DNA of 39,743 nucleotides from the NCBI GenBank assembly GCA_031264785.1, contig JAISDN010000058.1, positions 1 through 39,743 of the forward strand, given 5' to 3'. A program made the translations under genes and the position numbers. Shown piece by piece: positions 1 to 9,187 of the stretch. The notes beneath the pieces were generated by a model that had not been told where the DNA came from, made no database searches, and saw nothing but the letters and a program-made list of their open reading frames with translations. This DNA is from Candidatus Nomurabacteria bacterium. Its GTDB lineage: Bacteria > Patescibacteriota > Saccharimonadia > Saccharimonadales > Saccharimonadaceae. How positions within the stretch are numbered: the stretch's first letter is position 1; each line of letters begins with the position of its first letter.

Positions 1-1844
1 CGCCAGTTGTCGCGTTGGCGTTCGTAGAAGGCGGGGGTTGGACCGAGGATGTGGATTTTTGCTTGTTGCGAATGATTTGCAATAAGGTTAGCGAGCTTTC
101 GCGCGGAACTGGCGGCGGATTTTTCGGTTTTATATGAATTGGTTAGTTTTAACAAGTGTGAAAACGGCGGAAAATGACTACGTGCGCGGTTAGTAATTTC
201 AAAATTGTAAAAGCCGGTGTAATCCTGCGCCACGCCAAAACGGACGGCCGGATGATTTGGCTGATAAGTTTGAATAATGGCGCGGCTGGCGGCGCTGCGG
301 CGACCGACGCGGCCGGTGGCTTGGGCTATCAGCTGGAAAGTTCGTTCGGATGAGGAGAAGTCCGGCAGCATCAATCCGGCGTCGGCCTGAACAATACCAA
401 CCAGTGCCAGATTTGGCAAATCCAAGCCCTTGGCGATGGTTTGCGTGCCGATAATCACGTCGATTTCGCCGGTGCGCAAATTGTCGAACAGGTCGTGGAC
501 GCCCTCGCCGCGTAGGCTGTCGCCGTCAAACCGCTGGATTCGGGCGGTCGGGAACAGCCGGCGGGTTTCCTCCTCGATCCGTTTGGTGCCGATACCGCGA
601 TGAACCACGTCGGTTTCGCCGCATTCCGGACAGCTGGTCGGCGGTTTTTCATTATGGCCACAGATATGACAGCGCAGTTGATGGCGGTCGGCGTGCAGCG
701 TCAGCGGCACAAAACAGCGCGGACAGAGCGCGTTCCAACCGCAATTTTCGCACAGCGTAACCGAGGCCGTGCCGCGCCGATTGTGAAATAGTAGGACTTG
801 TTTTTTGGTTTCCAAGCACTTAGTCATTTCGGTAATCAGGGGTTTGGTGAAAATCTGATTATTACCAAAATTGGCGCGATTGGTCATATCGACGATGGTG
901 GTTTCGGGCCGAACGGCGGCCTTTTTGGCCAGTTGTTTCATTTCCACAATCGGCCGGCCGAGTTTTTGGGCCGTATAATAATCGGCAATTAGTGGCGTGG
1001 CCGAGCCGAGTACCAGCCGTGCGCCAGCCTTGTCCGCCAACACGCTAGCGGCCCGCAGGGCACTGTAGCGCGGAGCTTTTTCCTGTTTATAACTGGGTTC
1101 GTGGCACTCGTCGATGGCAATTAGGCCGAGTTGCGCCACCGGCATAAACAGCGCCGAACGCGGGCCAATTATCACCACCGGCTGATCGGCCAGCAGCGCC
1201 TCCAGCCAAGCGCGGTGACGTTCGGACTCGGTCTGGCCCGAGTGTGTGACGATGACGCGGGCAAAATCCCGCTGGAATTCGGCCACCAGCTGGGCAGTTA
1301 GGGAAATTTCCGGCACCAAAATGATGGACGATTGACCGCGCGTGGCGGCCTCCATCGCTAGGGCCTTGTAAACCTCGGTTTTGCCGCTGCCGGTGATGCC
1401 GTGCAGCAGAGCGGTGCCAGTTTTCATCTTCAGAATCTGGGTGATGGCCCGTTGCTGGTCGGATGTGAACACAAAATTTGTTCGGTCGCTCGGCGTTGCA
1501 AGGACGGTCCTTGCAACGGATGGTTTGGCGCGGCGATTTTTATTCAGTCCGGCCGGCAACATCGTCTGCCAAACCGTGCTGGGATGGGTGGCGTAATATT
1601 GACTGACCCAACGGTGGAGCGCCAACAGGTGCGGCGGCAACGGTCGCTCGGTCAAAACTCGCAAAATCTCCTTACATTCAAAATCCGGTTTGGAGACATT
1701 CCGCACCACCACGCCCACAAACTTGCGACGGCCGACCGGAATCTCCACCACCGACCCAGCCGGCAATTTTTCAGCAAAAGCATAAGTCAGCACCAAAAAA
1801 TCCTTGCCGACAATCCCATAGGTTGACACCTCCAAATAGTTCAT
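1..1844 (-). CDS. priA: Primosomal protein N' (PriA) replication-restart helicase; C-terminal end runs off the left window edge
   Basis: Hand translation of the minus strand from ATG (revcomp of cat 1842-1844): MNYLEVSTYGIV... Motifs: Walker A GITGSGKTEVY, DExH-like IAIDECHE, Cys-rich zinc insert CENCGWNALCPRCFVPLTLHADRHQLRCHICGHNEKPPTSCPECGE, and QATGRVGR. It is missing from the ORF track only because it is open at the window edge. Confidence 0.9.
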   Translation of the reverse strand, partial: MNYLEVSTYGIVGKDFLVLTYAFAEKLPAGSVVEIPVGRRKFVGVVVRNVSKPDFECKEILRVLTERPLPPHLLALHRWVSQYYATHPSTVWQTMLPAGLNKNRRAKPSVARTVLATPSDRTNFVFTSDQQRAITQILKMKTGTALLHGITGSGKTEVYKALAMEAATRGQSSIILVPEISLTAQLVAEFQRDFARVIVTHSGQTESERHRAWLEALLADQPVVIIGPRSALFMPVAQLGLIAIDECHEPSYKQEKAPRYSALRAASVLADKAGARLVLGSATPLIADYYTAQKLGRPIVEMKQLAKKAAVRPETTIVDMTNRANFGNNQIFTKPLITEMTKCLETKKQVLLFHNRRGTASVTLCENCGWNALCPRCFVPLTLHADRHQLRCHICGHNEKPPTSCPECGETDVVHRGIGTKRIEEETRRLFPTARIQRFDGDSLRGEGVHDLFDNLRTGEIDVIIGTQTIAKGLDLPNLALVGIVQADAGLMLPDFSSSERTFQLIAQATGRVGRRSAASRAIIQTYQPNHPAVRFGVAQDYTGFYNFEITNRARSHFPPFSHLLKLTNSYKTEKSAASSARKLANLIANHSQQAKIHILGPTPAFYERQRDNW

Positions 1845-1948
1845 AATTCCATTGTAACATTTTCTTGCCTTTTATGCTGTGGCTACATCACTAAACGGGC
1901 GATACGAACGGAGGAATACCTAAGTTGACCCCATATTTTTAATTTCTT

Positions 1949-1977
1949 TTGCATTGAATTTTGCTTAGTGATATAAT
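1949..1977 (+). promoter_or_regulatory. Sigma-70-type promoter for the 2005 gene
   Basis: TTGCAT (1949-1954), 17-nt spacer, TATAAT (1972-1977) with TG at 1969-1970. A GAGGAGGG RBS precedes the ATG at 2005. Confidence 0.6.
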
Positions 1978-2004
1978 GTAAGTAATAATAATTGAGGAGG
2001 GTAA

Positions 2005-3336
2005 ATGAAAAAATTAGGATTAAGACCTAAAAAGGTAAGTAAGATTAGAAACTTAGCCAAGTTTCTAATTGCCTTTACGGTGTTAGCTGGCCAAGTTTTC
2101 GGTTTTCAATACATTGTTAATGCGATTTCGATAACCAACATTACACCAAACACCGGCTCGGTTGTTGGCGGACAAGAGGTCACGATTACTGGCGACTTCG
2201 CTTATAATCCTATGCAGCAAATGACCAAAAGTTTTTGCGATAATGGAATGTCCATTTACCCGACTGGCGATAGTAAGCCAGACACAATAACTCTGGCTGA
2301 TGCTCGCAATGGTCAAGATTACAGAATACGCAAGCTGGCAGATGGCAAATGCTGGATGATTGATAATCTCAAACTGGAGTTGACCGATGGTATGGTCTTA
2401 ACTCCAGCGGGTACCAACGTTGCGGCCGACACCACAGTTGCCCTCGCTACTGGCGGGCTGGACGGTAATTTCACCACATCAGGCTACCTCACCGCAGACA
2501 ACACCAACGCCGCCGGCACGGACTATGACAATTACAACGCTTGGCGGCAAGTCGACCCGAACGAAACGCCGAATTGCCAGAACAACACCGGCACTGGCGG
2601 AAAGGCTTATAACGATGACAGCGCGACCGGCTGCGGCTACTTATACAATTTTTATACGGCGACAGCCAGCGCTGGTGATAATACTAAAACTGTTCAATAT
2701 GATACCGTCGAGAACTCGATTTGTCCGGCGGGTTGGCGGTTGCCGACAGGGATGGTGGCTGGCGCTGGCACCGACAGCGATTTTCAAAATCTTAGCGTGA
2801 AGTATGGCGGCACAGGAGCCCAGCAAATTGGCGCGTCAAGTTTGGCGGTCCTGGCTAACCTTTGGTTGTCGACAGGGGCGTGGCAGGGCGCGTTTGGCGG
2901 CGCTTATGGTTTTGCTTCGGCTCCTGTTCGGCAGGGCGCGTACGGTCTTTATTGGTCGGCCTCTGTCAATTCGGCGCAGGGGGTTTATACTACGCAATTC
3001 TATAACAGGGGTATTAACCCGGGCGTTTTAAACGACAGTCGAATGAACGGTTTCGCGGTGCGGTGCCTAGTCGACGAAAACTACACACCGAACCCAGTAG
3101 TCCCAGTCGTCACTGTTGGCAGCGTAGCGGCGACAGTAGTGAGTTATTCAGATACAAAAATTGTGATAAAAACTCCACCCCACCCCGCCGGCAAAGTCGA
3201 CATAACCGTAACTCGCGGCTCGCAAACTTTCACCCTCGCCGAAGCCTACGAATACTTCAACGCCCCAGACGTGCCAAACGACGACCCCAAACACAGCCCG
3301 ACCATACCCGCCGTGCCAAATACGGGACATAGATAA
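2005..3336 (+). CDS. Secreted/surface protein: N-terminal signal/anchor, IPT/TIG-like domain, Fibrobacter-succinogenes-major-paralogous (FISUMP/TIGR02145-like) domain, second IPT/TIG-like domain
   Basis: Hydrophobic N-terminus (LAKFLIAFTVLAGQVF). IPT-like ITNITPNTGSVVGGQEVTITG. FISUMP-like motifs DARNGQDYRIRKLADGKCWMIDNL, GYLYNFYTA, CPAGWRLPT, LYWSAS, GFAVRCLVD. C-terminal IPT-like VVTVGSVAATVV...KVDITVT. Ends ...PAVPNTGHR. Confidence 0.7.
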   Translation: MKKLGLRPKKVSKIRNLAKFLIAFTVLAGQVFGFQYIVNAISITNITPNTGSVVGGQEVTITGDFAYNPMQQMTKSFCDNGMSIYPTGDSKPDTITLADARNGQDYRIRKLADGKCWMIDNLKLELTDGMVLTPAGTNVAADTTVALATGGLDGNFTTSGYLTADNTNAAGTDYDNYNAWRQVDPNETPNCQNNTGTGGKAYNDDSATGCGYLYNFYTATASAGDNTKTVQYDTVENSICPAGWRLPTGMVAGAGTDSDFQNLSVKYGGTGAQQIGASSLAVLANLWLSTGAWQGAFGGAYGFASAPVRQGAYGLYWSASVNSAQGVYTTQFYNRGINPGVLNDSRMNGFAVRCLVDENYTPNPVVPVVTVGSVAATVVSYSDTKIVIKTPPHPAGKVDITVTRGSQTFTLAEAYEYFNAPDVPNDDPKHSPTIPAVPNTGHR

Positions 3337-3437
3337 AACACCTCATTGCAAAAATTAAATGAAAAAACCGGTTGCATTTATTATCACGAGGGCATATAAT
3401 ATTTACAACATTTGGAAGAAATAGGGGAAGATATAAT

Positions 3438-3731
3438 ATGTTAGACGTTTTTATTACATCGCGGGTGCGCCGAAAAATCATTGTGGTTTATGCAAAATAC
3501 CCTGATTTTAAAACTCACGTTCGGGGTTTGGCCAAGCTAATCAAAGAAGATCCGGGCAATATTCAGCGCGAATTAAAACGTCTGGAAAAATCCGGTTTCC
3601 TCAGTATCGAGAAAAAGGGCAACGCTAAAGTTTATTCGACCAACAAAAGCTTCCCGATTTTTAAAGAATTGCAGAATATCGTCATCAAGTCACAACAAGC
3701 CGGCAAGGGCAAAAAGTCGGAAGATCTGTAA
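3438..3731 (+). CDS. Small winged-helix DNA-binding protein (ArsR/MarR-like wHTH)
   Basis: MLDVFITSRVRRKIIVVYAKYPD...VRGLAKLIKEDPGNIQRELKRLEKSGFLSIEKKGNAKVYS has an HTH-plus-wing pattern. I prefer the ATG at 3438 (GGGGAAG RBS at 3424-3430; promoter TTGCAT-17-TATAAT at 3372-3400) over the track start at 3372. Confidence 0.6.
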   Translation: MLDVFITSRVRRKIIVVYAKYPDFKTHVRGLAKLIKEDPGNIQRELKRLEKSGFLSIEKKGNAKVYSTNKSFPIFKELQNIVIKSQQAGKGKKSEDL

Positions 3732-3791
3732 GGCCTAGACATCCGGCGGATTTTCTGCTAAAATTACAAGAATAATAATATAAGGAATAAA

Positions 3792-4097
3792 ATGAAAGCA
3801 GTCATAAAGTTAGGCGGCAAACAATATATTGTCGCCGAAAAAGAGCGCCTTCTAGTGGATCGTCTCCCTGATGGTAGCAAAGATCTCTCACTTGATGCTT
3901 TGCTAATTTTCGACGAAAAAGGATCGAAAATCGGCCAGCCAACTGTGAAAGATATCAAAGTCACGGCCAAAGTCACCCAGCCGGAAATCAAGGGTGACAA
4001 AGTCCAATATATCCGCTACAAATCTAAAAAGCGGGTCCACAAAGTCAGCGGCCACCGCCAGCAATATAGCGAAATTGAGATTGTTTCGATAAAATAA
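3792..4097 (+). CDS. rplU: 50S ribosomal protein L21
   Basis: MKAVIKLGGKQYIVAEKERLLVDRL...HRQQYSEIEIVSI is a typical L21 sequence and length (101 aa). AAGGA RBS. Confidence 0.92.
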   Translation: MKAVIKLGGKQYIVAEKERLLVDRLPDGSKDLSLDALLIFDEKGSKIGQPTVKDIKVTAKVTQPEIKGDKVQYIRYKSKKRVHKVSGHRQQYSEIEIVSIK

Positions 4098-4135
4098 TTT
4101 TTGTGCTACAATAGAAGCACTATGAGGGTAGAAAA

Positions 4136-4906
4136 ATGAGCGCTATTACTATTGCAATCACCAACCAAAAGGGCGGAGTGGGCAAAACCACTACGGCTGT
4201 TAATTTGTCTTTTTATCTGGCTAAGACTGGTTATCGGGTGCTGCTGATCGATTTTGATCCGCAGGGCAACGCCACCAGCGGTCTTGGGATCGACAAATCC
4301 GGCCTGAGCGCCAGTATGTTGAACGTTATGGACGGCACTAATAATCTGAAATCTATTACCACCGACCTACCGTTCAAAAATCTGACTTTAGCGCCGGCCA
4401 CGCCGGATTTGGCCAACGCCGAGCCCGGCCTAGCCACTGCCGCCGACCGCTTCAACCGGCTGAAAAATGCCATCGCAGCGGTGTCGGACAGCTACGACAC
4501 GATTATCATCGACGTGCCGCCGTCTCTGGGCCTGCTGACGGTCAACGCTCTGACCGCCGCCAATTATGTTCTGCTGCCGGTGCAGGCCGAATTTTACGCA
4601 ATGGAAGGCCTGTCGATGCTGCTCGAAACTATGCAGCTGGTGCGCAAAAAGCTCAATCCGACCCTGAGCCTGATTGGCGTGCTGGTGACGATGTTTAATA
4701 ATACTACTCTGTCCAAACAAGTTTACGAAGAAGTGGCCAAGCATTTTCCGGGCAAGGTTTTTGAAACCAAGATCCCGCGCAATGTGCGACTGGCCGAAGC
4801 CCCCAGTAATGGTTTGCCGGTGGGCGCTTATGACGGTCTGAGCAAAGGCGCGCGGGCTTATAAAGCCGCCACCAAAGAATTGATCGGGAGGATAAATGGC
4901 GATTAA
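4136..4906 (+). CDS. parA: Chromosome partitioning ATPase ParA/Soj
   Basis: Deviant Walker A ITNQKGGVGKTTTAVNL, DFDPQGNAT, and overall ParA layout. Overlaps parB by 11 nt. Confidence 0.92.
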   Translation: MSAITIAITNQKGGVGKTTTAVNLSFYLAKTGYRVLLIDFDPQGNATSGLGIDKSGLSASMLNVMDGTNNLKSITTDLPFKNLTLAPATPDLANAEPGLATAADRFNRLKNAIAAVSDSYDTIIIDVPPSLGLLTVNALTAANYVLLPVQAEFYAMEGLSMLLETMQLVRKKLNPTLSLIGVLVTMFNNTTLSKQVYEEVAKHFPGKVFETKIPRNVRLAEAPSNGLPVGAYDGLSKGARAYKAATKELIGRINGD

Positions 4907-5783
4907 AAGAGGACTCGGCAAGGGCTTTGACGCCCTAATCCCAACCGAAACCATTGAGGAAGAGTTTGACGTCACGGCCAACACCGACCGCGAAGTTTCG
5001 GATTTGCGCAATATCAAGCTTAGTAAAATTGTGCGCGACACCACGCAGCCGCGCAAAAAGTTCGACGAAACGGCACTGGCAGAACTAGCAAAATCAGTCA
5101 AAGAATATGGCGTGCTACAGCCGATTGTGGTGATTCCGAAGGGTGACAAATACCAAATTGTGGCCGGCGAACGGCGCTATCGGGCTAGCAAAATGGCCGA
5201 GCTGGAAACCATTCCGGCGCTGGTGCGAACCCTGAACGGCCAGCGTAAACTGGAAGTGGCGTTGATTGAAAATGTCCAGCGTGAAGATCTAAATCCGCTG
5301 GAATTTGCCACCGCCCTCGCCAAAATGCGCAACCAATTTAATATGGAGCTGAAGGAAATCGGCGACAAAATTGGCAAATCTTTGACGGTAGTGAGTAATC
5401 ACTTGAGGCTGTTTTCTTTGCCGGATTTTGCCAAAAAGGCCATTGAGGACGGCAAAATGAGCGAAGGCTTTGCGCGTCAAGTTTTGTCGCTGGAGGGCGA
5501 TATTGACGCCCAGCGCACCCTGACCAACCACTTACTGAATGACGGTTGGAGCGTGCGCAAAGCCGAGCAGTTTGTGATGGCTTATCGCGCCAGTGGCCGG
5601 ACTAGCACCCGCAGAGCCACCAAAGCCGCCCAGCAGGAAAACGATTTTACGCGAGCGGTGTCGGGGCTGATCGGCCTGCCGGTCAAGCAAAAATTGCTGG
5701 GGCGCGGCGCCGGCGAGGTGATTATTTCTTATAAAAAAGAGGACGAGCTGGATAAGATTAAAAAGGCTTTGAATATCATTTAA
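4896..5783 (+). CDS. parB: Chromosome partitioning protein ParB/Spo0J
   Basis: GLGKGFDALIP, QPRKKFDETALAELAKSVKEYGVLQPIVV, IVAGERRYRAS (ParB box), and an HTH region. Confidence 0.92.
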   Translation: MAIKRGLGKGFDALIPTETIEEEFDVTANTDREVSDLRNIKLSKIVRDTTQPRKKFDETALAELAKSVKEYGVLQPIVVIPKGDKYQIVAGERRYRASKMAELETIPALVRTLNGQRKLEVALIENVQREDLNPLEFATALAKMRNQFNMELKEIGDKIGKSLTVVSNHLRLFSLPDFAKKAIEDGKMSEGFARQVLSLEGDIDAQRTLTNHLLNDGWSVRKAEQFVMAYRASGRTSTRRATKAAQQENDFTRAVSGLIGLPVKQKLLGRGAGEVIISYKKEDELDKIKKALNII

Positions 5784-5784
5784 C

Positions 5785-5811
5785 GTCATTCCGGACCTGA
5801 TCTGTATCCAG
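5785..5811. repeat. GTCATTCCGG-family palindromic intergenic repeat unit (degenerate)
   Basis: GTCATTCCGGACCTGATCTGTATCCAG. Compare the 30107-30134 unit GTCATTCCGGACTTGATCCGGAATCCAG. Confidence 0.7.
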
Positions 5812-5898
5812 CGAATACGATAATCTAAAAATACCTATTGTAATTTTAAAAAAATATGGTAGGCTATGGAATAAGAACAATTTAGAATTGGAGAACAA

Positions 5899-6006
5899 GT
5901 GAAAAAAGTTATAGGGTTGGTCGGCGAGATGTGTAGCGGTAAAGATACTTGGGGGGGGTCTTTCATGATAACTTTGGCTACATTCCTCAATCAACGTCAA
6001 ACATAG
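5899..6006 (+). other. Short ORF encoding the P-loop of a kinase domain, out of frame with the downstream RNR ORF; the frames meet at a G8 tract
   Basis: GTG at 5899 with GGAG RBS (5890-5893). Translation VKKVIGLVGEMCSGKDTWGG... then out-of-frame residues to TAG at 6004-6006. The GxxxxSGKDT motif resembles T4 gp1-type dNMP kinases (from recollection). Confidence 0.6.
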
Positions 6007-8135
6007 TTCGTGAATATATTGCTGAGAATAATCTCGGCGAACCGACTCGCGATTTGGTGAGGGAGTATTCCAGCAAGCTGCGTGCCGATAAAGGGGCCGA
6101 TTATCTTGTGAATACGGCTATAAACAATGTAGATGAATCAAATGTCGTAGTTTTAACTGGATTATATGCGGTGCCGGAAGCTTTATATGTTAGAAAAATC
6201 GGCGGGGCCGTAGTTCGTATCGCGGCCGATGAAGATGTCAGGTTGCAAAGAATGCGCGATAGGCAACGTTCTGGCGAGTCCGGTGCGCATAAGGAGTTTA
6301 AGCGGTTGAATGATGTTGATCTCAACTCGCATTTGTCTGATCAGAGATTGTCAGACGTGCTGCGGATGGCCGATTTTACGATAAATGGCAATATTCATAT
6401 ATCAAACGAGGACCGTATATTAATGGAGGCAAAAGCGGCTGTTGCTATGATTGAAATGATGCAATATTCAAATAAATATCGCTCTTATTTTTATTTGAAC
6501 GATGAAAAGACTGATTTTTTATCTAACGGTAAAGTAAAAGATCCTGAAGAACATCCATACGAAATGACAGAGAGGATCGTATCGGCTATTTTGAAATCCG
6601 ACGAAGAATACAAAACAAATGATAGCGATATTTTTGCCGTAAAATTGGGTAAAATGCTAGACGAAAAAGAGGTAGTATTCAGCACCCCGATAATGACAAA
6701 CGCAGGTAGGTATGAAGATAAGCCGCTGACGGCCTGCACTGTGCCGGCGATTGATATAGAAAATGGAAATTGGGATGAGATCGAACGTAAGATTAATGAG
6801 CTTCATAAAAAAGGAATGGGCACTGGATATAATCTGGATAATTTAAAAGACCCGATCGGCACTTTAGATATGTTGAATACGATTGCGGCACTTGGTGCAG
6901 AAAGCGGCGAGGAAGATAGGCCGGTTGGTAATATGGCAGTGATGAGCGTATATGATAAAAACATCTTCGGTTTTATTGATGCAAAATCCGTAAAGCTGGG
7001 TGAACTGTGGAAGTTCAATTTATCGGTTAATATTGATGACGGTTTTATTGATGCTGTGACGAATGAAGAAAAAATTGCTCTTTCGGACGGGTCCGTGTGT
7101 GATGCCAACAAGATATTTGATAAAATTTGTAGTTCGGCGCTAAAAACCGGCGAGCCAGGATTGGTTTTTCTTGATAGGATGAATCAGAGAAATCCGGCAC
7201 GAGAATTGGGGGATTATCACACCGTAGCTCCGTGTGGTGAGGTTGGTTTGGTTAACGGCGAAACGTGCCAATTCGCGTACATTAATTTGTCAAAGTTTAT
7301 AAGTGATGAACATTCGCTTGACGTTGAGAAGCTTAAAGAAGTGAGCCGCGTATTGACGCGCGCTTTGGATGACGCCCTAGATATTAGTCATAAAAATCTC
7401 GAAATTCAGAGTAAAAACATTATAGAGCAGAAGCGTAAAATTGGTATCGGTTTATGTGGCGTCGCAGACACCTTAGCCATATTGGGATTAAGATATGATA
7501 GCCAAGAGGCAAGGGATTTTATGGAAGATGCTTACGCCTTAATTAATTATTCGTCGAAGCTAGAATCAGTTAAGTTGGCAAAAACCAGAGGATCTTGTGG
7601 TCTAATTAAAGATGGCAAGTCAGAGTATTTGAAAGGTGATGGATACTTGGATAGGCGCTATAGCGATAATCCGACTCGATATGTTTCATCGAAAGATTGG
7701 CGAGAACTATCGAATACCGTTAAAGAGGAGAAAAAACTTCGAAATATATCGACTACCTCGTTGCCGCCAACTGGCCGCTCTGCTATAATCGTTGGTGCGT
7801 CGACCGGCATCGAGCCATATTTCAATGAAGGGATGATAGATGATGAGATAGTCGCAACAATTAAAAATAGCGACTCCGTGATATATGCAAACTCTATCAA
7901 GCCATTAGACCACATCAAGATGACTGCGGCGTTGCAAACCGTATGCGACGAGTCGATTGCAAAAACCATAAATATGTATGAAGGGACGACCCTACAAGAA
8001 GTACGTGATGCTATGCTGGCTGCATATAAATATGGTTTGAACGGCATAACAATTTTTGTCGATAAATCACTAGACGTTCAACCTATAATATTAAATAAGG
8101 AAGGAGAAAACGATGACCGACAGACATATGTTTAG
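5949..8135 (+). CDS. Ribonucleotide reductase catalytic subunit (probably class II/NrdJ-like) with an N-terminal nucleotide-kinase-like domain; the true 5' end is probably 5899 via a frame correction
   Basis: RNR-like motifs: APCGEV (compare NPCGE), ETCQFAYINLSKF, SLPPTGRSAIIVGASTGIEPYF, SIAKTINM, GLNGITIFVDKS. The first ~170 aa look like a kinase body with a lid-like RLQRMRDRQRSGE. No nrdB-like gene is adjacent. Confidence 0.7.
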   Translation: MGGVFHDNFGYIPQSTSNIVREYIAENNLGEPTRDLVREYSSKLRADKGADYLVNTAINNVDESNVVVLTGLYAVPEALYVRKIGGAVVRIAADEDVRLQRMRDRQRSGESGAHKEFKRLNDVDLNSHLSDQRLSDVLRMADFTINGNIHISNEDRILMEAKAAVAMIEMMQYSNKYRSYFYLNDEKTDFLSNGKVKDPEEHPYEMTERIVSAILKSDEEYKTNDSDIFAVKLGKMLDEKEVVFSTPIMTNAGRYEDKPLTACTVPAIDIENGNWDEIERKINELHKKGMGTGYNLDNLKDPIGTLDMLNTIAALGAESGEEDRPVGNMAVMSVYDKNIFGFIDAKSVKLGELWKFNLSVNIDDGFIDAVTNEEKIALSDGSVCDANKIFDKICSSALKTGEPGLVFLDRMNQRNPARELGDYHTVAPCGEVGLVNGETCQFAYINLSKFISDEHSLDVEKLKEVSRVLTRALDDALDISHKNLEIQSKNIIEQKRKIGIGLCGVADTLAILGLRYDSQEARDFMEDAYALINYSSKLESVKLAKTRGSCGLIKDGKSEYLKGDGYLDRRYSDNPTRYVSSKDWRELSNTVKEEKKLRNISTTSLPPTGRSAIIVGASTGIEPYFNEGMIDDEIVATIKNSDSVIYANSIKPLDHIKMTAALQTVCDESIAKTINMYEGTTLQEVRDAMLAAYKYGLNGITIFVDKSLDVQPIILNKEGENDDRQTYV
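5951..5958. repeat. Homopolymeric G8 tract at the junction of the two reading frames
   Basis: cttGGGGGGGGtc, counted directly. Confidence 0.95.
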
Positions 8136-8547
8136 GGCAGCGGTTTATATAATAATTGAGAATCGGGATGGAAGAGTATTGACGTTACGCCGCTATAACA
8201 CCGGCTGGAGTGACGGCATGTATACATTGCCGGCTGGACACGTTGATGCTGGCGAGTCTGTTGCTGATGCTGCAGTAAGAGAATTAAAGGAAGAGACAAG
8301 TTTAGAAGTTGATTTTGATAATATTCGATTCGTTCATATTATGCAAAGAGAAAGCGACGCACCATATTTTGATTTTTATTTCGAGACAAAATTGTTAGGT
8401 GATAGTGTTCCGAAGATTATGGAGCCGGAAAAATGTGACGATCTACAGTGGGTTGACATTAGTAAATTGGGTGGGTTGCCATTACTCAAAAATGTTAAAA
8501 TTGCTTTGGAGAATATAAAGAAGGGAATGAGGATATCCTATTATTAG
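8113..8547 (+). CDS. NUDIX hydrolase
   Basis: Nudix box GHVDAGESVADAAVRELKEETSLEV. AAGGAAGGAG RBS. Overlaps the RNR ORF by 23 nt. Confidence 0.88.
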   Translation: MTDRHMFRAAVYIIIENRDGRVLTLRRYNTGWSDGMYTLPAGHVDAGESVADAAVRELKEETSLEVDFDNIRFVHIMQRESDAPYFDFYFETKLLGDSVPKIMEPEKCDDLQWVDISKLGGLPLLKNVKIALENIKKGMRISYY

Positions 8548-8562
8548 GAAGAGGTTTGAGTT

Positions 8563-9093
8563 ATGGAAAAGAAAGTAAAACAGATGTTGCCGTTTGAGCT
8601 AGAGGATGCAAAAAAATTATTGGATCATTATGCCGATAGGCAATCTGATTTGAGCAAAGAGATGGGTAACGCGATGAGCCAGAACTCCGAAACGTGGCAC
8701 GACAACGCAGTTGCTGAGGCTGTTATGCAAGATTCGATAGTTTTAGCTGATATGGCTGAACGAGCGATCGACATTGTAACAAGCGCAACTTTGGTCGATA
8801 TAGAAAAAGGAAATTCGGATACCATTACAATGGGGTGTGTCGTTGAGCTAGAATATATTGACGACGGCCTAGAGCAGAAAGTTTTGCTAACTGGAAACAC
8901 TGCGGGAGAGATTCCAGATGACGTTGTTGAAGATAATGATGATCTTGCGGATGCTATCGCGATTACAACTAGTAGCCCACTTGGCGGTGCCATTAATGGC
9001 AAAACGATTGAGGAAGAAGCATCTTTTGCTGTGCCGTCCGGCGACATAAAGACCGTCAAAATTATATCGATTAAGTATCTGGAATTTTTGTAA
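8563..9093 (+). CDS. GreA/GreB-family (Gre/Rnk-like) protein
   Basis: N-terminal helical part with SETWHDNAVAEA (compare GreA GDLSENAEY). C-terminal Gre domain pattern ITTSSPLGGAINGKTIEEEASFAVPSGDIKTVKIISI. Confidence 0.6.
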   Translation: MEKKVKQMLPFELEDAKKLLDHYADRQSDLSKEMGNAMSQNSETWHDNAVAEAVMQDSIVLADMAERAIDIVTSATLVDIEKGNSDTITMGCVVELEYIDDGLEQKVLLTGNTAGEIPDDVVEDNDDLADAIAITTSSPLGGAINGKTIEEEASFAVPSGDIKTVKIISIKYLEFL

Positions 9094-9101
9094 TTTTATC
9101 C

Positions 9102-9130
9102 TTGACAAATTAAAGCGCTTGTGCTAGACT
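9102..9130 (+). promoter_or_regulatory. Promoter for tRNA-Lys
   Basis: TTGACA (9102-9107), 17-nt spacer, TAGACT (9125-9130) with an upstream TG. Confidence 0.6.
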
Positions 9131-9187
9131 AAAGAGGTGGGTTGCAAAACCCTAGCGTTTGCTGTATATTGAAATAGCGACTTTCGC

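Noticed and set aside
4098-4135. Inverted repeat GTGCT-acaataga-AGCAC over the parA -10 box as a ParB or autoregulatory site
   Set aside because: The arms are only 5 bp and do not resemble parS. The evidence is insufficient.
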